From Eledone cirrhosa (lineage: Eukaryota), in contig OZ024740.1 of the NCBI GenBank assembly GCA_964016885.1, forward strand, positions 96,658,001-96,722,000: 64,000 nucleotides of DNA, read 5' to 3'. The position numbers were made by a program, and so were the translations under genes. How positions within the stretch are numbered: position 1 is the stretch's first letter; each line of letters opens with the position of its first letter. The notes below the pieces were generated by a model. It made no database searches, had not been told where the DNA came from, and worked only from the letters and a program-made list of their open reading frames with translations. Of this stretch, positions 13,520 through 26,161 are shown piece after piece.

Positions 13520-16500
13520 ATGGCTATGCTAAGAGTAGGCTGTTTAAATGCGCGTGGCCTGGGCTCAACTTGGAAGCAAGCAATGCTTCTAAATGACCTC
13601 AGGTCACAACGTATAGATGTGATGGTTATTTGCGAGGCCCGGATCAGCAACGTGCGACAGCTGGCCCCCACCTTTGATGACTTTGAGATGCACGCATCTC
13701 TCTGTCAGCCCGGAGGTGGGGGTGGAGTTGTCGTTCTGCTGCAAAAACATCTGGGTCTCGCAACACAGATGGTACATTTGGACCCGGAGGGTCGACTAGT
13801 GGTTATGGACCTTGGCAGTGGTAAAGGCGGTGCGTTTAGGTTGGTAGCCGCCTACGGCCCTTTCGGGTCAATGCGGCCGGACTTCTTCCATCGTCTGGAG
13901 ACTTTTCTAGGGACGTCCCGCTCCTTGCTATTAGTGGGGGACTGGAATGGTATCCTAGATGCACGCTGGGACTACGTAGGGGCCTGTCCCGATAGAGAGG
14001 GGTGTAGTAGCCTCAAAGGGTTAATCGGTCGATTTGACCTGGCCGATAGATATCGACTAGATTTTCCGACTGCGCCAGCCTGGACTTGGGCAAATCGTAG
14101 CGGAACATCTAGGTCGTACCTAGATAGGTTCTTAGTTAGAATTAAGGATAAGGACTTTTTAAGTTGTCCAAAAATGCGCATGGTTGGCTATTCAGACCAC
14201 AAATTAGTGAACTGCATGGTCAACCTTGACAGAACTCATAGACAGGGACCCGGTTACTGGAAGCTCAACTTGTCCTTTCCGGCAAGTAAGGCTTACAGGA
14301 ATCGGATTAGCACTTTAGTTAAGGAGCGGTTGACGGGCGCCATCGTCAACAGCAGGTGGTGGGGATCTCTCAAAAGAGAGATTAGAGTAGTCTCTATAGA
14401 ATTTAGTAAGGAGTTAGCCTCCAATAGAAATAGGAAGGAAAGGGAGTTGGTAGATAGTGTAGAAGAGGCAATTAGAAGCGGCGACGTGGCCAGAGTGCTA
14501 GCGTCGAGAACGGCCCTGGGCCAGTTCCTCGACGCGAAACACAAAGGCTGCATCGTCCGAAGCAAAATACGTGCTCTGGGAAACGAGGGGACCACAGCTG
14601 TTAGCTGGGCTCGCGTCACAGAAGCCAAAAGAGGGAGCAGATCCACTATCCGGTCTTTGCGAGACCAGGATGGACGGGTGATCCTTGAACCTAAGCAGAT
14701 GTGCGAGGCTTTTCAAAAGCACTTTGCCGAATTGTTCGGAAGGGGCGGGGGGCTGGTTGGGGACGTGGACTTCGGTCCATACCTCGACGGCCTGCCGCGT
14801 CTCTCGGACAGGGAGGCGAAGTCCTGCGAGGAGCCGATTTCAGCCGCTGAGATAGAGGACGTGCTGAGCCAATGCGGCAAACGCAAATCCCCGGGTCTCG
14901 ATGGTCTTCCATACGAACTATATCTAGCTATGCCGGACTTGTTCCCCGAACTCCTCCAGGCGGTCTACTGCAACTGGCGACAGAACGGGAGAATTCCCTG
15001 TGCTGTGACCAAGGGCGTAGTCACGCTAGTGAGGAAGGACGAGAACAAGGGGGACGATATAAATAATTTCAGGCCCATAACTCTGCTAAATACAGAGTTA
15101 CAGATTTTGGCCAAGGTGCTAGCAAAGAGGTTGGCGCTTGTCGTGGGCAACCTGGTGGGAGATGTGCAGACATGTGCTATCCCGTCCAGGTCCATCCACG
15201 ATAACCTCCACCTCATGCAATACATCATAGAGAGGGTTGGGAACGAACCCGGCTTTGGTGGGGCCCTGATCAACTTGGATCAATCTAAGGCATTCGATAG
15301 GGTCGACCATAGTTACCTGGATGCAGTGCTAGCGGCGGCAGGCTTCGGACCCGTTTTCAGGGGCTGGATCAATGCCATGCACAGCAGCCGCATCTGCTCT
15401 AGGGTCAAGGTGAACGGCTACCTCTCGGAGCCGTTCGAAATCGCGCGGTCCATCCGACAGGGGTGCCCTCTCTCCTCCCTTCTGTATGTAGTGACTCTAG
15501 AGCCACTGCTGCGGAAGTTGGAGTTGTTGCAGGGCATCCCGTTGGAACCGGGATTGCGGAAAGCGGTGCCAACCTACGCCGATGACGTAACAGTAATGGT
15601 GTCGACCGCCTCGGAAATCGGGGCGATCGGCACCTTACTGGAGGAGTACGAAAGGTTTACAGGGTCTAAGCTGAACCGGGACAAGTCGATCGGTCTGCAA
15701 CTCGGCACGTGGAGGGGCAGATCGATGCCCTCCGATGGCGTCGTCGGGCGCTAGACGGAGGGCCCGGTGAAATTGCTCGGGGTCTGGTTCGGACCAGACC
15801 TCCAGGTGGAGAAGAACTGGGGTGAGGTGACGAGCAGGGTGTTTGCACTGACCCAGAAGTGGGCCGAGTGCAAACTGTCATGAAAGGTCGGACGGAGGTG
15901 GCGAACACTTATATAGCGTCCGTCATCTACTACCGCCTGACCGTGGTGCCTTGCCCAAGGGAAACGCTCGCCAAAATGGAGCGCGCACTCTTCCAATTCC
16001 TTTGGCAGAAGCGGGCTCCTATGGTGAGGAGATCCATCTGCTGTCAACACCCTACGAAAGGAAGGCTGGGGATGCCGTGGCTGATGATACGTAAACACGC
16101 ATTAAGGCTACGGCACCTTCAGGTATTCCTCTCCGGTCAACCGGTGTGGGCCCCGTTTGTGAGGCGAGCCTTTCCGAGACTCGTCTCACTCACCGAGCTG
16201 CAATCCTGGGTCAAGCAAAGACCGAGAAAACTGGGCGCCTGGCACACCGAGTGTGCCCAGGCGCTCACGGCTCTCTGGCAGGCGGACCCGGCTGTCAGTG
16301 GAGAATCCACCTCGTCATTCTATAGAGGGCTGGTGGTTAGCAGGTGCGACGACGCCCTCGGAGAAGCCCTAGGCATGGAGGAAGACGAACTGGCCAACCT
16401 GTTCGGTAGGACATTCAGCTCGGGACCCATGGATAACTTCCAGAGGTTCCTGGCCTGGCAATGCTACAGAAGGGCTCTGCCCGTTCGAGAAAGGCTCTAC

Positions 16501-16956
16501 AGACACGGGCGCCCGGGTAGGGACCCATCGAAAAAGGTCTGTCCCAGATGCGTGTGCGACGAGGAAACCGTTGCACACGCATTGGTACACTGCTCGGGCA
16601 TTGCCGATCTGTGGGGCTATGTCGAACAACTGCTGTCAAGGGTGGGACCGATCCGGTTGACCACCGAGTCTATTGTAACGATCAAGCCGCCTCCCCTCTT
16701 CAAAAACGAAGGAGAGGCGGTGTTTCTGTGCGTAATAGCCATGGCGAAAGAGGTCGTATGGTGGACGCGTCTGAAAGGACTGAGGTCAGAGACCTTTCTC
16801 TCTGGCCAACAACTGGTCCGTTTCTTCCGATATCATTTCGGAAGAAGGATCAGGATGGAGAGAGAGGTGCTGCACCCCAGCCGTTTCTATGAAAGATGGG
16901 TGAAAGTGGCGAGAATGGCCCGTGTGAATGGGCCTTCACTCTACATCAGACTATAG
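13520..16956 (+). pseudogene. ORF2 endonuclease/reverse transcriptase with two lesions
   Basis: Motifs GCLNARGL, GDWN, YLDRF, SDH, PGYWKLN, SPGLDG, FRPITLLN, KAFDRVDH, RQGCPLS, YADD, LLGVWF; stop at 15752-15754 and 1-nt frameshift near 15880 (compare CTCTCGTTGAAAGGT in copy D). Confidence 0.93.
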
Positions 16957-17220
16957 GTGAGGAAGATGAAAGACCAAGGGGGCACCCCTTCTCTGTGCTC
17001 CTGAGGAGAAGGGTTGCACACTTTTTTCGGGGGTGTGTGCGACCCCCCAAGGCGCCTCCTCTCTATTGAGGACTTTGTTATAAATTTTATTTTTTGTTAT
17101 ATTTTATTTTATTTTTATATATTGTTATTGCCTCCTCCTTATTGAGGACGCCTTGTTTTGTAAACTCCCCCCATTGTACTTGTACCACTTTTGATGCCCT
17201 GGTGGCAAATAAAAGAAACA

Positions 17221-17327
17221 TATCTATCTATCTATCTATTTATTTATCTATCTATCTATCCATCCATCCATCCATCCATCTATCTATCTATCTATCTATC
17301 TATCTATAATATATATCTATCTATCTA
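17221..17327 (+). repeat. (TATC)n/(CATC)n microsatellite between copies B and C
   Basis: Read directly. Confidence 0.95.
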
Positions 17328-18340
17328 GCCTTCCCACGACTCGTCTCGCTGACTGAGCTGCAGACCTGGGTCAAGCAAAGACCGAGGAAAATGGGCGACT
17401 GGCATATCGAATGTGCTCAGGCGCTCACAGTCCTCTTGCAAACGGACCCGGCGATCAGTGGAGACTCCACTTCGACATTCTCTAGAGGGTTGGTCCGCTG
17501 CAAGTGCGACGACACGCTCAGAGAACTCTGGGCGTAGAGGAGGACGAACTGGCCAGTCTGTTCGGTCGGACCTTCCGCCCGGGACCATTGGACAACTTCC
17601 AAAAGTCACTGTCCTGGCAGTGCTACCGAGGAGCTATACCAGTTCGAGACAAGCTCTACAGACACGGGCGCCCGGGTAGGGACCCTTCGAAAAAGATCTG
17701 TCCGAGATGCGTGCGCGACGAGAAACCGTCGCACACGCATTTGTACACTCCCCGGGCGTTACCGACCTGTGGGGCTATGTAGAACGACTATTGTCGCGGG
17801 TGGGACCAATCCAGTTGACCACCGATTCCATTGTCACGATCAAACCGCCACCCTCCTTCAAAAACGAGGGAGAGGCGGTTTTCTTATGTGTTATGGCTAT
17901 GGTGAAAGAGGTTATATAGTGGACCAGGTTAAAAGGGCTGAGGTCAGACAACTTTCTCTCCGGCGAGCAACTCATTCGTTTTTTCAAGAATCATTTTGAA
18001 AGAAGAATCAGGATGGAGAGAGAGGTGCTGTACCCCAGAAAATTTTATAAAAGTTGGGTGAATGTGGCAAAGATGGCCCGAGTGGTTGGGCCTTCTCTCT
18101 ATATAAGCCTGTAGGTTGAGGAAAAAGAGGAAGAGAGGAAGGGAGTACTCACTCTTGGTGCTCCTGGAGATGAGGGTTGTACATTTTTTCAGGGTGTGTA
18201 CAACCCTGTGTAACACCTCCCCCCTATCGGGGATTTCAATTGTTATTTGTTATTGTATTAATAGTTTTATTTTCATATGCCTGTATGTAAACTCCCCATT
18301 TGTATTTGTCCCCTTCTTTTGTGCCCTTGTGGCTAATAAA
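17328..18340 (+). mobile_element. Tx1-clade copy C, 5'-truncated, diverged subfamily
   Basis: Aligns to 16168-17213; frameshifted; AATAAA at 18335 then (TATC)n 18347-18400. Confidence 0.92.
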
Positions 18341-18400
18341 TAATTGTATCTATATATCTATCTATCTAGCTATCTATATATCTTACCTATCTATCTATCT

Positions 18401-21400
18401 ACTCGGTTCACCCAATAAAAACGGATCAACACATCTTCTTCCCCCATATATGGGAAGAAGATGCTACAAAATAAAAATAACCAGGATCCCAGCAAAGGAC
18501 AAAATATGGTGGATCCAAAGCTGCATCCCGAAGAAGGATGAGGACACCCTCCTAGCTGTAGACAGGTCAGACCGGAATAACTGGTTTGGAACCTGCATCG
18601 AGGTTCTGGTACAAATGAGGCCAGAGAGACTTGAGAAAATACCGGACAGGATCGTCCTTGAGGAAGAAGTCATCTCCACTTTAGTGGAGGAGAAAAGATC
18701 CCAGTGCCATAAGTGTGGGAAAACCACACACTTAAAGGCCTTTTGCCCTCTCTTAAACAAACCGAGGACAAACAAGGTGTGATTACCAACACCAAAACCC
18801 CAACATCAACAGCCCAAATCAAACACAACACAAACACCTGCAACATCCACTCCCTCACCACCACGGACCAGAGACAACCACACACACAACATCCCACTGA
18901 AAAACCCTCCATTGCCTCCTCCCACCTGTAAAATACTTCCACAAGCACCTGCACAAACACTCCACTACACAACATACCCCTCCCATCCAACCCTGATTCA
19001 GAAGTCTCAGACACGGGAACCTCTCATCTCCCAGTCAGAATGAAGTCGAAACCCAACAATCCAAAAAACAAAAAAGAGACAAAAAAAACACAAGAACAAA
19101 AACATCTACAGAAAACATGCACACACCCAACCCCATCATAAACACACCGCCACAAACGACAAACACCTCAACAACACAATCACCACTAACACAACCAAAC
19201 ACTTCACAAACAAAACAAACACCCACCCCACCACAATCAGAAACCCCAACCACAAAAGGAAAACTACAAACAGAAACAGCACATATAAAAAACAAAACAT
19301 ATTACACATACATAAGAACAACAAACAAAGAATTGGTAGAAACTGTCCGAAAGGACCCTACTATCCAAACGGAGGAAAAAACTCCCGCACCAATGACCCA
19401 CCCCAAACCTCAAACTGATCAGGGTAACAACCCTACAACATGAAACATTGAAAGGGACCTTCCAACATGATGTGCAACCCCCCACCCTTTGCCAAAAAAG
19501 CCTTAACCGTGTCCTCCTAAAATAATTCCCTCCCTCACCAAACACCCCTAATCTAGACATAGAGATCGAACAACCCGACCTCCACTAAACGAAAAGGTAA
19601 GTGTTCTTGCCTTTTCTCTCCCTAACTCTTCTTCACCAACATGGCGACTATACAAGTTGGATGTTTGAATGTACGTGGCCTGGGTATACCCTGGAAACAG
19701 GGCCAGCTTCTAAATGATCTCAGCTCACAATGTATAGATGTGATAGCCATCACCGAGTCCAGCATTCACGACAAGCAGCAGCTAACCCCCATGTTCGATG
19801 ACTTTGAGATCTACGCATCTCCTTCTCAGCCAGGAGGTGGAAGGAGAGTTGCTGTTCTATTTCGAAAACTCTTGGATCTCAAAGCATAAACGATTCACTT
19901 GGACCCGGAGGGCAGCTTGGTGGTTCTGGACGTGAATGGTAGTGAAGGTGAAGCTTTCAGACTGCTGGCAGTATATGCCCCGACAGGTACATTGCGACCA
20001 GAGTTTTTCAAGCGTCTGGAGCCATTCCTGGGCTCGTCTCCCTCCTTGGTGTTAGCGGAGGACTGGAATGGCATCTTAGATGCACGTTGGAACTATGTAG
20101 GAGCTTGTGATGATAGAGGAGTGTGTAATAGCCTCAAACTTCTCATCAGCCAATTCCATCTGGCTGATAGATATCGACTAGACTTCCTAAGTGTACCACT
20201 GTGAACGTGGAGCAACCGTATTGGGTCTTCTAGATCGTATTTAGATATATTTTTAATTAGACAGAAAGATAAGGAAACATTAAGCTGTCCACAAGTGCAC
20301 ATGGTTGCCTATTGAGACCACTAATTAGTCACCTGCATAGTCAACCTTGATAGAACAAATAGACAGGGACCCGGATACTGGAAGCTAAGCATGTCGCTTC
20401 CGACGGGTAAGACCTACAGTAAACGGATTCGCACCTTAGTTAAGTGCCAGTTGACGGGGGCGATCATTAACAACAGGTGATGGAGCTCTCTCAAAAGAGC
20501 AATTACAATAGAATCGATAGTATTTAGCAATTAAAACCGTAAAGGAACTGGTAGCTAAAGTAGAAGAGGCACTTAGGAATGGCAGTACAGCTGACGTGCT
20601 AGCGGCGAGAACGGCACTAGACAAGTTCTTCAACGACAAACACGAAGGTTGTATTGTCAGAAGTAGAACACCTGCTCTAAGAAACGAGGGAGCCAAAGCT
20701 GTGAGCTGGGTCCGAGTGGCAGAGGTGAAAAGTGGCAACAAATCCACAATTCGTTCTTTGCAAGACAAAGGTGGACGCGTTCTACTTGAAACCAAGCAGA
20801 TGTGCAAAGTCTTCCAGCAGCATGTTTCACAACTGTTCGGGCAACGTGGTACGTCAAGGGGGATGATGGACTTCAGCAGCTACCTCGACGGCGTACCACG
20901 ACTCTCGAGCACGGATGCGGAGAGCTGCGAAAGACCCAACACGGCGAGCGAAATAGAAGATGCCCTAGGCCGCTGTGGGAAACGCAAGTCTCCCGGTTTA
21001 GATGGTCTACCCTATGAATGTTACATAGGCATGCCGGACTTGTTCTCTGGCGTCCTCGAAGCTGTCAACAGCAACTGGCAGCAGAACCGGAGGATTCCGA
21101 GTTCTGTAGGTAGAGGCGTAGTAACGCTGATCAGGAAAGATGAGAACAAGGGGGATGAAATAAGTAATTTCAGCCCCATAACTCTGCTCAAAACAGAGTT
21201 AAAGATTTTGGCCAATGTGTTAGCAGCGAGGCTGGCCCTTGTCGTCGAAAACCTGGTAGGGGAACCGCAAACGTGTACAATCCCGCCCAGGTCCATACAC
21301 GATAACCTCCACGTCATGCGATACATCATAGAGAGGGTGGGATGTAAACCTGGCTTGTGTAGGTCTCTTCTCAATTTAGATAATTCTAAGGTATTTGATA

Positions 21401-22520
21401 TGATCGACCATCAATACTTGGAAGCGGTTCTCAAGGCAGCGGGCTTCGGTCCCGTCTTCAGAGGCTGGATCGCTGTCACGCACACCAGCATCTGCTCGGC
21501 AGTCAAGGTGAATGGATACCTATCGGAGCCATTCCAAATCATGCGTTCCATCAGTAAGGGTGCCCTCTCTCGAGACATTACTGCGGAAGTTGGAGCTGTT
21601 GCAGGGTATCCGGAATGAACCAAGACTGTGGAAAGCACCGTAGGCCTATGCCGACGATATAACCATAATAGTGTCGACAACATCGGACATTGGGGTAATC
21701 AGGGATACGAACCGTTGACAGGAGGAAGCCTAAACCCAAACAAGCCTGTCGGTTTGCAACTCGGCACATAGAGAGGCAAACCCATGCCTTCTGACAGTGT
21801 CGTTTGATGCGGGACGGAAGGACCGGCGAAATTGCTCGGGGTCTGGTTTGGTCCAGACCTCCAGGTGGACAAGAACTGGAACGAGATCACTGCGAAGGTG
21901 TTTGCACTCACCCAGAAGTGGGCTGAGTGCAAACTCTCGTTGAAAGGTCGAGCAGAGTTTCGGACACTTACTTAGCGTCCGTCATCTACTACCGCTTGAC
22001 AGTCGTGCCTTGTCCCCGCGAATACCTGACCAAAATGGTCGCCTACTCTTCAAGTTCCTCTGGAAGAAACTGGCTCCATTGGTGAGGTAATATGGTGGAC
22101 GTGGTTAAAAGGACTGAGGGCAAGCAGCTTTCTCTCCGGACAACAACTTATCCCCTTCTTTAAGTACCACTTCACAAGAAAGGTGAGAGTGGAGAGAGAC
22201 GTACTACACCCCAGCAAATTCGCTAAAAGGTGGGTGAATGTGGCGAAAATGGCCAGGGTGAATGGGCCATCTCTGTATATAAAGCTGTAGGTTGAGGAAG
22301 ATAAACAGAGGGAATACAGGAACACCTACAAAACGTGTTCCTCATTTGATGGTTGTTCTATCCACGGTTGTTCTATCCCCCTCCCCTAATGCAGATTTCA
22401 ATTGTTTTATTTTATATAGTTTATTGTTATTTATCATTAGAAAATATTTTATGTAAAACCCCCGCCGTCACGTATTGTAATATCCCATGTGTGTACGCCC
22501 CTATGGCAAATAAAGAAAGA
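18401..22520 (+). mobile_element. Tx1-clade copy D, truncated within ORF1, degraded ORF2
   Basis: ORF1 knuckle CHKCGKTTHLKAFC (CX2CX4HX4C); ORF2 starts at 19641 MATIQVGCLNVRGL; YADD near 21647; deletion near 22085; AATAAA at 22509 then TATC. Confidence 0.92.
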
Positions 22521-22538
22521 TATATATCTATCTATCTA

Positions 22539-22591
<53 letters not shown>

Positions 22592-22596
<5 letters not shown>

Positions 22597-22880
22597 TATT
22601 TGATGAACATTTACATGTTATAGTTGCAATTGACTAATAAGATCGCTAGAGTGAAAAATCTTAATTCAACAACATAAGGTCTGCCTGTACGATCTAGAAA
22701 ATAATAAATCAATACTCACAGACTCATATGGGCAAAAAGCCCATATGAGTCTGTGAGTATTGATTTATTATTTTCTAGATCGTACAGGCAGACCTTATGT
22801 TGTTGAATTAAGATTTTTCACTCTAGCGATCTTATTAGTCAATTGCAACTATAACATGTAAATGTTCATCAAATATTAAT
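22592..22880. repeat. Palindrome with 142-bp arms and 5-nt AAAAA loop
   Basis: 22592-22733 is the reverse complement of 22739-22880; no mismatch seen. Confidence 0.95.
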
Positions 22881-22954
22881 TTATACTGCTCAGAAGCAAT
22901 TCCTAGAGCTGAAGTGATTGTAAATGACCTCTCTGAGTCTAAACTCTAAGCTAT

Positions 22955-23010
<56 letters not shown>

Positions 23011-23102
23011 TTATTAAAATAACAGATTAAATTTAAGCAAAGAATCGCTGCTTTCACCCTTATCGAGCCCTCTTTGGATTTTAGTCTTTAAATTTATTAT
23101 TA

Positions 23103-23140
<38 letters not shown>

Positions 23141-23206
23141 TAAGTGATTCTGAAGGAAAAGCAGAGGAAAAAATCATCTATGTATAGAACAGAGCTATTT
23201 AAATAT

Positions 23207-23331
23207 AAAGTGAACAATACAAAATATAACTACTCAGCTCGGTCTGATGACCGATCCAGTTGTATATTAATATTGTATGGGATCCAGAGATCTTTGGTAA
23301 TGGAGTAGTTATATTTTGTGTTGTTCACTTT
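23207..23331. mobile_element. MITE-like element with 29-bp inverted repeats
   Basis: AAAGTGAACAATACAAAATATAACTACTC vs GAGTAGTTATATTTTGTGTTGTTCACTTT, one mismatch. Confidence 0.65.
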
Positions 23332-23343
23332 CTAAATAAATAA

Positions 23344-23424
<81 letters not shown>

Positions 23425-23452
23425 GCTATATCTATCTACCTATCTATCTATG

Positions 23453-23811
23453 TTGAGAGTGGAGTGAGAGGTGCTACACCCCTGTAAATTCGCTGAAAGG
23501 TGGGTGAATGTGGCAAAAGTGCCCCGAGTGAATGGGCCTACTCTATATATAAACCTGCAGGTTGAGGAAGATAAACAGAGGGAAGACAAGAACACCTACA
23601 AAACTTGTTCCTGGTGTTGAGGGCTGTTCTATCACGGGGTGTAAAACAACCCTGCAGTAACGTTCCACCCTACTTGGGATTTCAATTGTTATTTTATTAT
23701 ATATAGTTTATTGTTATTTCTAAATGTTAAAGTTATTTTTATGTAAAACCTCCGCCGTCACGTCATGTAATGTCCCATTTTCGGTACGCCCCTGTGGCAA
23801 ATAAAGAAAGA
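23453..23811 (+). mobile_element. Tx1-clade copy E, short 3' fragment of the copy-D subfamily
   Basis: Aligns to 22184-22520; TATC repeats on both sides. Confidence 0.9.
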
Positions 23812-23959
23812 TATCTATCTATCTATCCATCGATTTATTTATTTATCTATCTATCTCTCGATCTGTCTATTGATATATATATATATACTGTATACTATAT
23901 ACAATGTACTACCTTGATTAAATCTTAACCATTTAACATCTCATGGTATGTCATGTATC

Positions 23960-24012
23960 ATTATATTGTGTCTGATGAGGACGTAATGTTGTACATCCGA
24001 AATATGTATAAT
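23960..24012 (+). ncRNA. Atypical or degenerate minimal hammerhead-like motif
   Basis: CTGATGA 23972-23978, stem II GGACGTA/TACATCC, GAAATATGTA; stem I not in canonical register. Confidence 0.5.
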
Positions 24013-24509
24013 AAAATGTAATTGATCAAAAGAACATCTATTTTATTAATACGTATATTTTAATATATATATATAGAGAGAGAGAGAGAGGGAGAGAGAT
24101 AAAAAAAGAGAGATGGGGAGAGAGAGAGAAAGAGAGTGGGACAGAGAGGGATACAGGCAGAGATAGAGGAATCGTGATAGATAAGAACATGTATATAAAT
24201 ATGCATACATTTCTGTGTGTATGTATGTGTGTGTATGTGTGTGTATGTGTCCGTGTGTGTATGTGTGCATGTGAGTGGTAGGTGTTTGTGTGAGTGTGTA
24301 CTTCGATATAAACTACCGAGATGTTGCATAATATGAAATACTTTTAAAAATATGTTTGAACAACAAACACTGATAGGACAGTAAAAACAGTTGATTGCTT
24401 AAATAATAGGAAAATGAATTAAATTATTCTAGTGCCCGAAGAAGGTAGCTGAAAGCCGCTACGAAAAATCAAACACCTACCTTGTGCTGTGATATAGAAT
24501 GCTGTTACA

Positions 24510-24780
24510 GTGAATTGGCAGAATCATTAGAACCTCGTATAGAATGATTTGTGTTATTCATTTCGGTTTTCTACTCTCTGAGTTCAAGAGGTCATCGCTG
24601 CCCTTCATCGATTCAAGGTCGATAACAAAATGCCAGATCATTACTAGAGTCGCTTTTTAATCTAACTCCCTTCTTTACTTCTATTCTCTCACTCTCTATA
24701 CTTTTCTGGAAGAAATTTTTTCAATCAGACTATGGAGAGGGCTGGACTCCGCCAGGTTTTGAAATGATGCACAAGTAACA
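24510..24780 (+). mobile_element. Diverged SINE plus tail shared with 52390-52625
   Basis: GAATTGGCAGAATC..CTGAGTTCAA..CTTCATC followed by TTCTATTCTCTCACTCT..CTGGAAGAAA..GCCAGGTTTTGAA. Confidence 0.6.
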
Positions 24781-25786
24781 GCCTATTAGAATACGCCGAT
24801 CCTACGACTCCTTCAGGATTTACGGGAAAATAAATAAAAGAGCGCTATTACATCCAAGCTTTTCTTATAGATTCTTTTTCGGTGGGAATCTGTTGGTAGT
24901 GGTTATAGTTAATAATAACTGAGGAAAATCTGTTAAATTACACTAATGATCAGAAAGAAAATTGCCAACAGCTGTTGCAGAAAATCTAGTTTCCACTACG
25001 CCAAATGGTGACTGATCTGAAATGTAACTTCAGGCATTCAAATGTGGCAAGGCCTTTTGGGAGGATCTTGGAAAGCACCAAGGAATTGGTAATAGGGAGT
25101 AAGAATTCAAATTTGCAATTCGTATTTGTGTTTTTCTTTTTTAAGAAATTGTTTTTCTTCTTCAATATATTCGCTTTTCCTACACAATGCATCATTAAGC
25201 TTCAAAGTCACATCGTTCACCTTTCTGACGTCAATCGTGCCCAAGATCATTAATTTCTATAGACTGTGTACTAATCGTCCACTGTAAATTGTGTATGATT
25301 CGGTCAGGATTTCAGTCATTTTATGGGAGGTTTGAGAATCATTTGATATATTATCACAGTAATTGGAATACTGCTGTTCCTCAGATTGTGTGAACCAACA
25401 AAGAGAATAATTGCATTTGCATGTTCATGCATATTTTCCAGTTTTGTTCTCTTTGGGGTATTTTGGATTTGGGATATTTGAAGCCTTAACAAAAGCCACT
25501 TTTATATGGTTCACATGATAATTTTGTCATTCAAGAAACACGTTCATATCTCGTAAAATGTTTGCATATGATCTGGTGTCCCTTAATCTGGTGTAAACTC
25601 ATTTTACCATGTTCAACGGAAGGTTCCTTTTCACATGTGAGGGGTGGGAATATCGAAAGTCTAAATATTGGTGTTTATATATATGTATGTTTATATATAT
25701 ATATATGTATGTTTATATATATATATATATTATTAGCTGAATTACCCGGCGTTGCCCAGGTTACTGCTGTTCTTATTCAGATTAAT

Positions 25787-25967
25787 TGTTTCTACTTTAG
25801 GCACAAGGCCAGCAATTACCCAGTGTATTACTGGTACTTTATTTTATCGACCCCGTAAGGATGAAAGGCAAAGTCAACCTCGGCGGGATTTGAACTCAGA
25901 TCGTAAAGAGACGTAACTATGCTGGAAAGCATGGCGTCCGACCCTCCACCGATACTGCCAATCCACC
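25787..25967 (-). mobile_element. tRNA-derived SINE, full length, with 12-bp TSD
   Basis: TSD ATTCAGATTAAT at 25775-25786 and 25968-25979; A and B boxes intact. Confidence 0.93.
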
Positions 25968-26094
25968 ATTCAGATTAATAAACAATAAATATGAAGATAT
26001 ATTTGTTTCTCATAATTCTATCAAAATATCTACATTTTATTAATAAAATATCTAAATTGTAATGATAATAGAATTTATAATGTCAAATATATCA

Positions 26095-26161
26095 ATATTG
26101 CAGCACCTTAGGGTAAACAATATTCATTGTGAATATTGTTTACCCTAAGGTGCTTCAATAT
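26095..26161. repeat. Hairpin with 32-bp arms and 3-nt loop
   Basis: 26095-26126 vs 26130-26161, one mismatch. Confidence 0.9.

Larger units (their letters stand above)
12801..17219 (+). mobile_element. Tx1-clade retrotransposon copy B, longest copy (5' UTR, shortened ORF1, full-span ORF2, 3' UTR)
   Basis: APE endonuclease + RT + zinc motif; AATAAA at 17208; (TATC)n on both sides. Confidence 0.95.

Noticed and set aside
13053-13671. Minus-strand Cys/Val/Leu-rich ORFs and other ORFs overlapping Tx1, RTE and PLE coding regions
   Set aside because: Shadow frames of the (AAC)n tract and of GC-rich retroelement ORFs.
24436-24478. CCGAAGA..GTAGC/GCTAC..GAAA motif
   Set aside because: Core altered and stems I and III unconvincing.
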